A DNA stretch of 32,000 nucleotides from Nanoarchaeum equitans Kin4-M. GTDB lineage: Archaea > Nanobdellota > Nanobdellia > Nanobdellales > Nanoarchaeaceae. The stretch spans positions 360,001 through 392,000 of the forward strand of contig AE017199.1 of NCBI GenBank assembly GCA_000008085.1. The letters run 5' to 3'. Under the pieces are notes generated by a model. It ran no database searches, was not told the DNA's origin, and saw only the letters and a program-made list of their open reading frames with translations. Of the stretch, positions 1 through 8,700 are shown one piece after another (position 1 is the first letter of the stretch; each line of letters begins with the position of its first letter). A program made the translations under genes and the position numbers.

Positions 1-798
1 TATAGGTATTAACGCAACTATTGGAATATCTTTTTTGTTTTTAGCTATTGCATATAGCGCCCCAATTACTGCGGCAGAACCGGACATGTCTCCATGCATA
101 TTATACATATAATCTGTGGGCTTCAACGAATAACCTCCTGTATCAAAGGTTATTGCTTTCCCAACTAAAACAATAGGGTTGTCCTTTAAATTGTATTCTA
201 AAATAACTAACCTTGGTTTGTATATACTGCCTTTGCCTACATAAACCAATAAGTTTAACCCTTCTCTTATTAAATCGTCGTAATGTAATACTTTTATATT
301 TACAGGCAATCCCTTAAATATCTCGATTATTTTCTTTTCATATGTTTCAGGATTTAATACATTTGGGGGTTCGTTAGCTAAATCCCTAGCTAAATATTGT
401 GCTTCCATTAATGTGATATATTCTTTTACCTTCTCTTTGTCATCGCAAATAAATTTTATTATTTTCTCTTGCTTTTCGCTTTTGTATCTATCAAATATAT
501 AAGATGTAGAAAGAATCCCAATAATGGCTTTATCTTTGCTCTCTATTTCTCTTAAATCTATTATAAATTCTTTGAACGGACTATTTTTTATATATCTTCC
601 TGCTAAGAAATAGGCTTTCCATTCGTCTTTTACATAAACTATTAGATAATCTCTATCTTTTTTTACAAAAATAGCATTATCTCTTTTAAAGAAATCTTCA
701 TCAACATTAGCATAGCTTTTTACTGATTCCCTATCTTTAAAGAACTTTACTATCACTCCCCCATCCGCGTGGTCTGTTAAATAAAATTTGGTTGGCAT
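1..798 (-). CDS. pepA: Leucyl aminopeptidase, M17 family (partial; N-terminal 266 codons, C-terminus lies beyond the left edge)
   Basis: My own minus-strand translation from the ATG at 798..796 is open all the way to position 1. It reads MPTKFYLTDHADGG...LARDLANEPPNVLNPE...VGKAITFDTGGYSLKPTDYMYNMHGDMSGSAAVIG. The NEPxN, TFDTGGxSLKP and MxxDMxG(A/S)AAV motifs are M17 hallmarks. It is absent from the ORF track, presumably because it runs off the window edge. Confidence 0.8.
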   Translation of the reverse strand, partial: MPTKFYLTDHADGGVIVKFFKDRESVKSYANVDEDFFKRDNAIFVKKDRDYLIVYVKDEWKAYFLAGRYIKNSPFKEFIIDLREIESKDKAIIGILSTSYIFDRYKSEKQEKIIKFICDDKEKVKEYITLMEAQYLARDLANEPPNVLNPETYEKKIIEIFKGLPVNIKVLHYDDLIREGLNLLVYVGKGSIYKPRLVILEYNLKDNPIVLVGKAITFDTGGYSLKPTDYMYNMHGDMSGSAAVIGALYAIAKNKKDIPIVALIPI

Positions 799-844
799 TA
801 ATTAATTTGATGTTATTTTATAAAAGGGTTTTTTATTATTATGT

Positions 845-1135
845 ATGATGAAGAAAAAATTCGAAGAAGCATTAACCAAATTCGAAGAGTTTGGGTTGGT
901 AACATTAGCATTAGCATTCGTTTTTTTGGTTTTAGTATTGTATCCATTGTTTATGGGAGTAGCTTTTGCTTTTGTAGGGTTAGTTTTTAACAATATACCT
1001 TATGCACATAATGCAATAGTTTATACATTAAAGCAATTTGGCTTAGATTTTACTAATAAGTTAGATTATCTAGGATTCTTCGCTGGGGTACTATTGGCAT
1101 ACCTTTCAATATTAGTAGGAGAATTCCGAAGATGA
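845..1135 (+). CDS. Hypothetical small membrane protein (about 3 hydrophobic helices)
   Basis: 96-aa ORF with long hydrophobic stretches (LVTLALAFVFLVLVLYPLFMGVAFAFVGLVF; FFAGVLLAYLSILV). It has a 4-nt ATGA overlap with the next ORF. I recognise no family. Confidence 0.5.
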   Translation: MMKKKFEEALTKFEEFGLVTLALAFVFLVLVLYPLFMGVAFAFVGLVFNNIPYAHNAIVYTLKQFGLDFTNKLDYLGFFAGVLLAYLSILVGEFRR

Positions 1136-1713
1136 TCGAGATATTAATAGCAATATTAGATATAGTTTTATCTATTTGGAACGCTTACGCTTCAGGGTAT
1201 AATAGTGTATTGCTAAGAAAATTAGAGTTTTCTAACGATTGGAAGATAACCCTATTCAGTATAGCGAACCAGTTTGCTTTAGTCTTAGCATTTGCTGGCG
1301 CAACATATGGTACAGCAATAATATTAGGATATATATTAATGTATTTGCATTATATTAGCTATAAAGCGCTAATCGCTTTATTGTCGCTAAACAATTTAGT
1401 TTTTGGAGGTTTAATAGTATTCACTGGTATAGTTATTACTATACAATCCATAGTGCAAGCATCAGTAACTAAAAAAGCTATAGATATTGGAGTGGCGATA
1501 TATAACACTATAGCGTCTTTGTTTAACCTAATACAATACATACAAGCTTTCCCCGCTTTAACAGAAACCTGGAACGAAAGCGAAGAAGAAAACAAAAACC
1601 AAGCGTTAATAGTATTAGCCTTAGCTGCTTTTATTGGAATAGTATTAACATTTTATGCCTATAAGATGGGAAGAGAAAAAGCATTAAAAGAAATAAATTA
1701 TTCAATCGCATAA
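1132..1713 (+). CDS. Hypothetical multi-pass membrane protein
   Basis: 193-aa ORF with 5-6 hydrophobic segments, translationally coupled to 845..1135. I recognise no family. Confidence 0.55.
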   Translation: MIEILIAILDIVLSIWNAYASGYNSVLLRKLEFSNDWKITLFSIANQFALVLAFAGATYGTAIILGYILMYLHYISYKALIALLSLNNLVFGGLIVFTGIVITIQSIVQASVTKKAIDIGVAIYNTIASLFNLIQYIQAFPALTETWNESEEENKNQALIVLALAAFIGIVLTFYAYKMGREKALKEINYSIA

Positions 1714-2396
1714 TTTATTGCTTCTCTTAGATTTTTAACAGGTATTATAGTGAAATTAAATTGTTTAAAATATTGGACCAAATCTATTTGCTTTGGCTCT
1801 AATACCATTGTACAAGTTTTTATCCCTAATATTGTGTGGCACTTCTCTTTATACAAATAAACAGTATAATATCTGTTTTGCCACGGTATTATAAAGCAAT
1901 TGTATTTTTGCATAACTGCTTTGGCTTTTTCTATTATACCCCCAACAGGGTAAACATTACCATAACTATCTACTACTCCTGTGGCAACACAATTTTTTAG
2001 TTTTTTGTCCAATAGCAATGCACTTACCCCTAAAGCTACTGCCAAACCTGCTGAGGGCCCCCCAATTAAAGAAGTATTAGCTTTAACCGATATTGTAAAA
2101 TCATATTTTTTGTTGGATTTTGTTACAAAGTAAGCGGCTTTAACAGCATTATAAAAGCTTTGTTGTGTTGTTGGTTCGGAAAAGGGCTTTATATCTAAAT
2201 ATATATGCCCTTTTCCTGGTTTAGCAGTAATTTGGATTTTAGTTAATACTCCCCCTCCATCAGCAATAGCTACCGCTGGTACTTCAATTAGTTTGCTTTC
2301 GTTTATTTCTATAGATTTATCAAAGGATTTTGCGAAAAAATACCCTAGAAAGAAAAATATAATGGGTAATAAATTCTTTAATGTGTTAAGCTTCAT
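1698..2396 (-). CDS. Membrane-anchored Lon-type (S16) serine protease domain protein without an AAA+ module
   Basis: An N-terminal hydrophobic anchor (LLPIIFFFLGYFFA) is followed by the Lon proteolytic-domain motifs: LIGGPSAGLAVALGV (catalytic Ser in GPSAG) and PVGGIIEKAKA (catalytic Lys in GGxxEK). Confidence 0.65.
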   Translation of the reverse strand: MKLNTLKNLLPIIFFFLGYFFAKSFDKSIEINESKLIEVPAVAIADGGGVLTKIQITAKPGKGHIYLDIKPFSEPTTQQSFYNAVKAAYFVTKSNKKYDFTISVKANTSLIGGPSAGLAVALGVSALLLDKKLKNCVATGVVDSYGNVYPVGGIIEKAKAVMQKYNCFIIPWQNRYYTVYLYKEKCHTILGIKTCTMVLEPKQIDLVQYFKQFNFTIIPVKNLREAINYAIE

Positions 2397-2731
2397 TTTT
2401 CAAACTTCGCTTTGAATTCAAAGCTATCCATGTTCTTTAATAGCTGGGCATATTGCTCTAATATTTTATTTAATTGCCCACTCCTCATTAGTTTTAATAA
2501 CTGTTTTTGTAATTTCTTTTTACATTTTTTATGCATATATAGGGTTGTGCCTAAAACTTCTAAAGTTTCGTAATCATTTTCCCCTACGGGGTTTCCACAT
2601 ATAAAACATATCTTATTGTCGCTAAGTTCTTTTAGTTTTTCCATTGCTTTGTTTAAAGTTTCATCATCTAACCCCATGGCTTTTAGATTGTCTATTTCTT
2701 TTTCCTCTTTCTTTTTCTTAAAGGGCCACAT
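2393..2731 (-). CDS. Hypothetical protein with a CxxC...HxxC putative zinc-binding motif
   Basis: 112-aa ORF with a 4-nt overlap onto the downstream Lon-like gene. It contains CFIC (x21) HKKC and is Lys/Glu-rich. I recognise no family. Confidence 0.5.
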   Translation of the reverse strand: MWPFKKKKEEKEIDNLKAMGLDDETLNKAMEKLKELSDNKICFICGNPVGENDYETLEVLGTTLYMHKKCKKKLQKQLLKLMRSGQLNKILEQYAQLLKNMDSFEFKAKFEK

Positions 2732-2755
2732 ATAAATTAGGTAAACAATAATTTA

Positions 2756-2808
2756 AAATGATGAAGGTGATCCAGCCTGAATTATGATGACGAGAGGGTT
2801 AGCTGATT
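2756..2808 (+). ncRNA. C/D box sRNA (2'-O-methylation guide); D' guide complementary to the SSU rRNA 3' terminus
   Basis: Textbook archaeal architecture. C box AUGAUGA is at 2758-2764, followed by a 12-nt guide AGGUGAUCCAGC and D' box CUGA at 2777-2780. After a 3-nt linker come C' box AUGAUGA at 2784-2790, a 12-nt guide CGAGAGGGUUAG and D box CUGA at 2803-2806. Flanking AA/UU can close the terminal stem. Confidence 0.85.
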
Positions 2809-4320
2809 GGGCAAGTCTTCTATTTTTACTCTAACTTGTTTCATCGTATCTCTATCTCTAATTGTTACGGTATTGTCCTCTAAAGTTTGGTAATCTATTG
2901 TTATTGCATAAGGTACCCCAATTTCGTCTACCCTTCTGTACCTTCTCCCTATAGAGCCTTGTTCATCATAAATTATTGGGTAGAAATAGTTTTTTAGCAT
3001 ATTATATACTTCTTTGGCCTTCTCTATTAGTTCTGGTTTTTTCAATAATGGGAATACTGCCACTTTTATTGGGGCTAGATGTTTTGGTATCTTTAGTACA
3101 ACTCTTTTTTCCTTAACTTTTTGATTATCCCTCTCTATTTCGTACTCTTCTTCAGTTAAGAACAAATCTATTAGAGCTAATACATTCCTATCAACACCAA
3201 AAGATAATTCTAAAACATGGGGGATAAACTTTTTATTGTCTTTTTGCACAGTTAGGTCTTTGCCAGAAACTTTCATATGGCCCGACAAATCATGGTCTGT
3301 TCTATAATGGATACCACCAACTTCTTTCCATCCATAGGTTGGGAAATTTATTTCTATATCAACATGGTATTTATTATAAAATGCTTTTTCTTTTTCGCTT
3401 AACTCTCTAAACCTAAGCCTTTCTTCGGGGATTCCCAATCTTTCATAGAATTGCTTTACTTTCCCTACAAAATAAGCATAAAACTCTGGGAATGGCAAAT
3501 CTTTTACTTTAATTCTTTTGTAATTCCCTTCTTTGTCTAAAAAGTTTAATTCTACATCTTTTACTTCATTTATATCGAATTCATTATCTTCAGGATCAAA
3601 AAATATTTGTAACTCTGCTTGTGTGAACTCTCTCAATCTTAATAATAATTGCCTAGGACTAATTTCATTCCTAAAAGCTTTTCCTACTACTGCTAAACCC
3701 AAAGGAAGCTTTTGTCTATGTAAAATGAATTCTCTTTTAAACATAACATATGGGCCTTGGGCCGTTTCTGGCCTTAAATAAGCTTCATTTTCAACCATTT
3801 TTTTAACTCTTTCGATAATATCTTTTATATATTGTTCGCTCACATTTTCTTTTAGGTTTTTTAATAGGTTCAATGCCTCTTGGGAATCGGGCCCAATATA
3901 AATGGGAAACATCAAATTGAACCATTTTACTTTTCCTAATGGTGCATTACATATAGGGCATCTAACATTTTTTAATAGCTCTTCCATTTCTGATAAAGAC
4001 AGACCTTCCGCTTTTATGTTTAGCTTTTCCTCTATTAGATGGTCTGCTCTAAATCTATGGCCATTTTTACATTCAACAATCGGGTCATTAAAATTCTCTA
4101 AATGCCCACTCGCGATAAACACTTCTTTAGGCATCACTATTGCGGGATCTACTTCCCAAAAGTTAGGATGCAATCTAAGAAAATAGTTTTTCCATTCATT
4201 AATAAAATTGTTTTTTAATAGTGTGCCCAAATAACCATAATCATAAAAACCGGCTATACTATTATAAATTTCGGAAGCCGGGTAAAAAAACCCTTTTAAT
4301 ACATATTCCTTTAGATCCAT
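2782..4320 (-). CDS. glyS: Glycyl-tRNA synthetase (archaeal/eukaryotic class II type)
   Basis: 512 aa. The N-terminus FFYPASEIYNSIAGFYDYGYLGTLLKNN, then YLRPETAQG, GKAFRNEISPR and ELSFGVDR, match GlyRS class II motifs and its anticodon-binding C-terminus. The last 9 codons and the stop are antisense to the C/D sRNA. Confidence 0.9.
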   Translation of the reverse strand: MDLKEYVLKGFFYPASEIYNSIAGFYDYGYLGTLLKNNFINEWKNYFLRLHPNFWEVDPAIVMPKEVFIASGHLENFNDPIVECKNGHRFRADHLIEEKLNIKAEGLSLSEMEELLKNVRCPICNAPLGKVKWFNLMFPIYIGPDSQEALNLLKNLKENVSEQYIKDIIERVKKMVENEAYLRPETAQGPYVMFKREFILHRQKLPLGLAVVGKAFRNEISPRQLLLRLREFTQAELQIFFDPEDNEFDINEVKDVELNFLDKEGNYKRIKVKDLPFPEFYAYFVGKVKQFYERLGIPEERLRFRELSEKEKAFYNKYHVDIEINFPTYGWKEVGGIHYRTDHDLSGHMKVSGKDLTVQKDNKKFIPHVLELSFGVDRNVLALIDLFLTEEEYEIERDNQKVKEKRVVLKIPKHLAPIKVAVFPLLKKPELIEKAKEVYNMLKNYFYPIIYDEQGSIGRRYRRVDEIGVPYAITIDYQTLEDNTVTIRDRDTMKQVRVKIEDLPNQLTLSSS

Positions 4321-4337
4321 AAAAAATTTGTTCTATA

Positions 4338-5603
4338 CTATTTTATAAATTTATCTACAGAAACAATTTGTTGCCCCTTTAGTTTAGATCTAATATTTTT
4401 TAATATATCCAACGCGCTTAGTTTTATGTTATTAATGTTATTCTCCATTTCTTGTACTATGTTTACTGAATGTGGCTCTATTTCTTTTAAAAAGTCTTCG
4501 AATTTCATTTCTCTGCCTTCATATATTACAATACTATCCTTTAAATCTATAGTTTCAATTCCTTTTTTGCTACCCCTAAATAGCTCTTCTACTCTCCCAT
4601 CATTATATAGGCAAAAAGATTGAAATGCTGTAGCACCGCTACTTAGATCAAATTCTTTTCTATTATCGAGATGTCCCTTTATTATTTTTTTGGGCGATGT
4701 TCCGTAAGCAGAAATTTTAGCACTAACCAAAGAACATTCTTCTCCGGGATGTACCCTAATAAAGAAACTAACAAATTTATCATCTTTCTTAGCAAATAGT
4801 GGTTCCATATAAGCTTGCACCAAAGCTATTGGAGGCAAATCGTTTTCTTGTGCATATAACACAAAACTTTCTAATGCCTTAGCAAACCTATTTTTGTTTT
4901 TAGCCACTCCAACAGAATAACCCCCAGATTCTTGACCAAAGGCCGGTTTTATTACTAAATATTTGCTATTTAACATATTAGATATTTCGTCGAACTTTTT
5001 GTTGGCAAAATCCTTAATATCATATATATCTTCTAAATTGACTAAAACTGCTTTAGGCAAAAACTTTGGAGCTATTAAATATTGGCCCAATTTACTAGAC
5101 AAACCATAAGATTTTGATGCATCTCCTTCTTTTCCATGCATATACATTAGAGATTCCATAATTTTTTTGCCAGGTCTTAGATTAGAATTATAGAAATCGC
5201 TTAACGATGGCTCTTTATTTAAAGTATGTATAAATGGTTGTTCTCCTTCCTCCACAGCTTCTTTATTGTATATTTTCGCGGGTATTAGCTCTTTCATTGT
5301 CATATATTGGCCAACTTTCTTTGGTTTGTTATAAACAAAAATAGCAGACCCAATTTGTTTTTTGTTAGATAAATAATTGTAAATATTCTCTGCTAAATCA
5401 GTATTTCCTTCATATACAACAAATACAGACCCAATTGGCTCATTTAACTTTTCAATAGGTAATAGCTTCTCTATTAAATCTGGTTTGTTCCCTAGATTCA
5501 AAATTATATCCCCTGATGTTAGATTTGTTTCATATATTTTGTCTTTACCTACTTGTTCTGCTGTTTTGAATAGGTTTATCTTACCGGTTCTGTATACCTT
5601 CAT
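4338..5603 (-). CDS. Hypothetical protein with weak ATP-grasp-like resemblance
   Basis: The 421-aa ORF is clean and fills the gap between glyS and polD. The segment KYLVIKPAFGQESGGYSVGV ... LVQAYMEP ... FFIRVH resembles the phosphate-loop, hinge and central-strand pattern of ATP-grasp ligases. I cannot verify this without a profile search. The confidence value refers to the CDS, not the function. Confidence 0.6.
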   Translation of the reverse strand: MKVYRTGKINLFKTAEQVGKDKIYETNLTSGDIILNLGNKPDLIEKLLPIEKLNEPIGSVFVVYEGNTDLAENIYNYLSNKKQIGSAIFVYNKPKKVGQYMTMKELIPAKIYNKEAVEEGEQPFIHTLNKEPSLSDFYNSNLRPGKKIMESLMYMHGKEGDASKSYGLSSKLGQYLIAPKFLPKAVLVNLEDIYDIKDFANKKFDEISNMLNSKYLVIKPAFGQESGGYSVGVAKNKNRFAKALESFVLYAQENDLPPIALVQAYMEPLFAKKDDKFVSFFIRVHPGEECSLVSAKISAYGTSPKKIIKGHLDNRKEFDLSSGATAFQSFCLYNDGRVEELFRGSKKGIETIDLKDSIVIYEGREMKFEDFLKEIEPHSVNIVQEMENNINNIKLSALDILKNIRSKLKGQQIVSVDKFIK

Positions 5604-5623
5604 TGCAATAAAAGTAGTAACAC

Positions 5624-5636
5624 CATTATTTAAATG
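5624..5636 (-). promoter_or_regulatory. Putative TATA/BRE box for the 4338..5603 gene
   Basis: The minus strand reads CATTTAAATAATG, 21-33 nt upstream of the ATG at 5603. This fits a leaderless or short-leader archaeal promoter. Confidence 0.4.
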
Positions 5637-5707
5637 CTTTAATTGTCCGTGTTATATTTTAAAAAGCCTTTGCCGTTTTAGCATTTAATAGGTTTTCCAT
5701 CCATTAA

Positions 5708-8700
5708 TTGGTGTATTATGATATACTAGCTAAGGAATTAGAAAAACTATATGAAATTGCTGAAAAAGCTAGAGCACAAGGATATGATCCAAAGGACATT
5801 GTAGAAATACCATTAGCTAATAACATGGGGGAAAGGGTAGCCCATTTAATTAGTGCTATCCATGAACAATTAGATGTAAAAAAGACAGCCGAACTAATAT
5901 TAGAATTAGAAAAACAGTATGGCTTTTTGGATTGGCGTGTTGGTTTAAAATTAATAGATTACGCATTAGAAGGAAAGCTAATTCCTTATGATGATATACT
6001 AAAAAGAATTGACTTAGGAGTAAGATTAGCCTTAGGTTATATAACTATGGGAGTTGTCTCAGCTCCTTTGGAGGGGTTAGTAGAGCTTAGGATAAAAAAG
6101 AGAAAAGATGGAAAACCTTATTTGGCTTTATACTATGCTGGCCCCATAAGGGGGGCTGGTGGTACTGCGGCAGCAGTTAGTGTTTTATTTGCTGATTATG
6201 CTAGAAAAAAAGCCGGTTTATATGAATATGACCCAACAAAAGAGGAAATAGAGCGCTATAAAATAGAAATCGATTCTTACCATAACAAAGTTGCGAGATT
6301 GCAATACAAACCATCAGACGAAGAAATAGAGTTCTTAGTAAAACATATACCTGTGGAAATTAATGGAGACCCTACTTCTGATAAAGAAGTACCTTCCTAC
6401 AAAAATCTAGAAAGGGTAGAAACTAATAGAATTAGGGGAGGGATGTGTTTAGTTATTGCTGAGGGTATAGCGCAAAAAGCCAAAAAGATCTATGGTAAAA
6501 TAACCGAGTGGGGTAAAGAATTCGGTTTAGAACATTGGGAATTTTTGGGAGAATATTTAAAATTGCAAAAAGAGATACAAGCCAAATTAGCTGCAGAGTC
6601 TGGAGGTGAAATAGAAGGTAAAGAAATAAAAAGAAAAATAACTTTGTTTTTAGATGAAATAAAAAAAGAAGAAATAACAGTTAAATATCCCACTCCTGCA
6701 GGTAAATACTTACAAGAAATAACCGCAGGGAGACCAATATTTTCTTTGCCTATGGCCATTGGAGGGTTTAGATTAAGGTATGGTAGATCTTTCGCTACAG
6801 GTTTTGCTACCTCTGGCATACACCCTGCGACTATGTTTTTAACCTATGGATTTTTAGCTATAGGCACACAAATGCGTGGGGAAAGGCCTAAAAAATCAAC
6901 AATAGTTACTCCTGTAACTTCTTTGCATCCCCCAATAGTTAAACTAAAAGATGGCACAGTAAAAAAAGTTCATTCTGTTGTCGAAGCAATAAAAATAGCA
7001 AATGATGTTGAAGAAATACTATTTTTAGGCGATATTTTAACAGCTTTTGGAGATTGGTTAAATGAAAAAGCTAATCTAGTGCCTTCCCCTTATGTTGAAG
7101 AATGGTGGATACAAGAGTTTGATAGGGCAGCAATGAAAAAAACCGATTATAAAATAGAATTCGATGTAATGAAGCCAAGAAAACTATTCAAAATAGAAGG
7201 GTTGGAAAATTTGTCTCAATATTTAGGAATTCCCAAAGATAGATTAGAAGAAATAATTAGGAAACCATTCTCTAGGAAACCAACTATTGATGAAGCAATA
7301 ACTATTAGTGAAAAGCTTGGAATTCCATTACATCCAGAGTATACTCCATTCTGGGTTCATATAACAAAAGAAGAGCTAATAAAATTAATAGAAGAGCTTA
7401 GGAAAGCTAAAATTCAAAATAACAAAATATATTTCCATGAATCGCAAAAAGAGCTAAAAGCAATATTAGAGAAACTGTTTATTGAACATTTTAGGGAAGG
7501 AGAGTACTTTTATATAAACGAAAGTATGACAAAATCTTTGTTATACCAATTAGATAATCTAAATTTAGAAAAGGCAAAAAAAGAATTCGATAATGCTATA
7601 GACGCTTTAGATTTGGTTAATAGGTTATCCCCAATAGAGATAAGGGATGTTGCCGGAGTATATGTAGGGTTTAGAGCGGGAAGACCAGAAAAAGCTAAAA
7701 TGAGAGAAATGACTGGTAGGCCCCATGGGCTATTCCCTGTTGGAGAAGAAGGTGGAAAAATGCGTAATGTTATAGAAGCCTATAACAAAGGCTATGTTAA
7801 AGCAGAATTTGCTTTGTATTATTGTAATCATTGTAAGCGCTATACTATTTATAGAAAATGTGAAGTTTGTGGCAATAAAACTAAAGAGGTTTATGTTTGC
7901 AAAGAAATAATAAATAGACTAAAAACCTCTCTATTCAAACAATATAAGGATTGGAAAAAAGTTGAAGAAGAAATAGCTTCCCATCTATGGGCAGAGGCCG
8001 TAACACATTCTAAAAATAATTGTAGAGAGCCTAAAAGATATAGTCTAATAAAACTAAACATAAAGCATTATGTAGATAGAGCTGTTCAAAAGTTAAAACT
8101 ATTTAATATACCAAAATTAGTTAAAGGAGTTAGAGGTACATCAAATAAAGACCATATAGTTGAAAGGCTAGAAAAAGCCTTTTTAAGGTCTGTAAGTGAT
8201 GTTTATGTAAACAAAGATGGCACTATAAGATATGATGGTACTCAAATACCCTTAACACATTTTAGGCCAAAAGATTTAATTGGTGTTACAATAGAAAAAC
8301 TAAAAGAATTGGGTTATACACATGACATATATGGAAACCCATTGGAAAGGGAAGATCAAATATTACAACTAAAACCCCAAGATATAATATTACCCTATGG
8401 TATATTAGTTAAATCCCGTTTAAATAAAAACAAAATAGTAAGAACAGATGCGGCAGAAGCATTTAAGAAAGTAGCAAACTTTGTTGACGAAGAATTAAAG
8501 AGGTTATACAACTTAGAACCTTATTATAACATAGAAAAAGCCGAAGACCTAATAGGAAAAATAGTTTTTGGTATTGCTCCCCATACATCTGCAGCTGTAG
8601 TAGGTAGAATAATAGGGTTTACCCCAATACAAGGGATAATTGCCCACCCGATATGGCATGCGGGCCAAAGAAGAAATTGCGATGGAGACGAAACCGCAGT

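Noticed and set aside
802-993. 63-aa minus-strand ORF (and an alternative-frame ATG at 841) in the pepA/membrane-protein divergent region.
   Set aside because: It overlaps the plus-strand membrane-protein ORF, which is translationally coupled to the next gene. Its translation is Asn/Lys/Thr low-complexity. The region is better explained as a divergent promoter (a TTTTATAAAA tract around 820-830) plus the 845 ORF.
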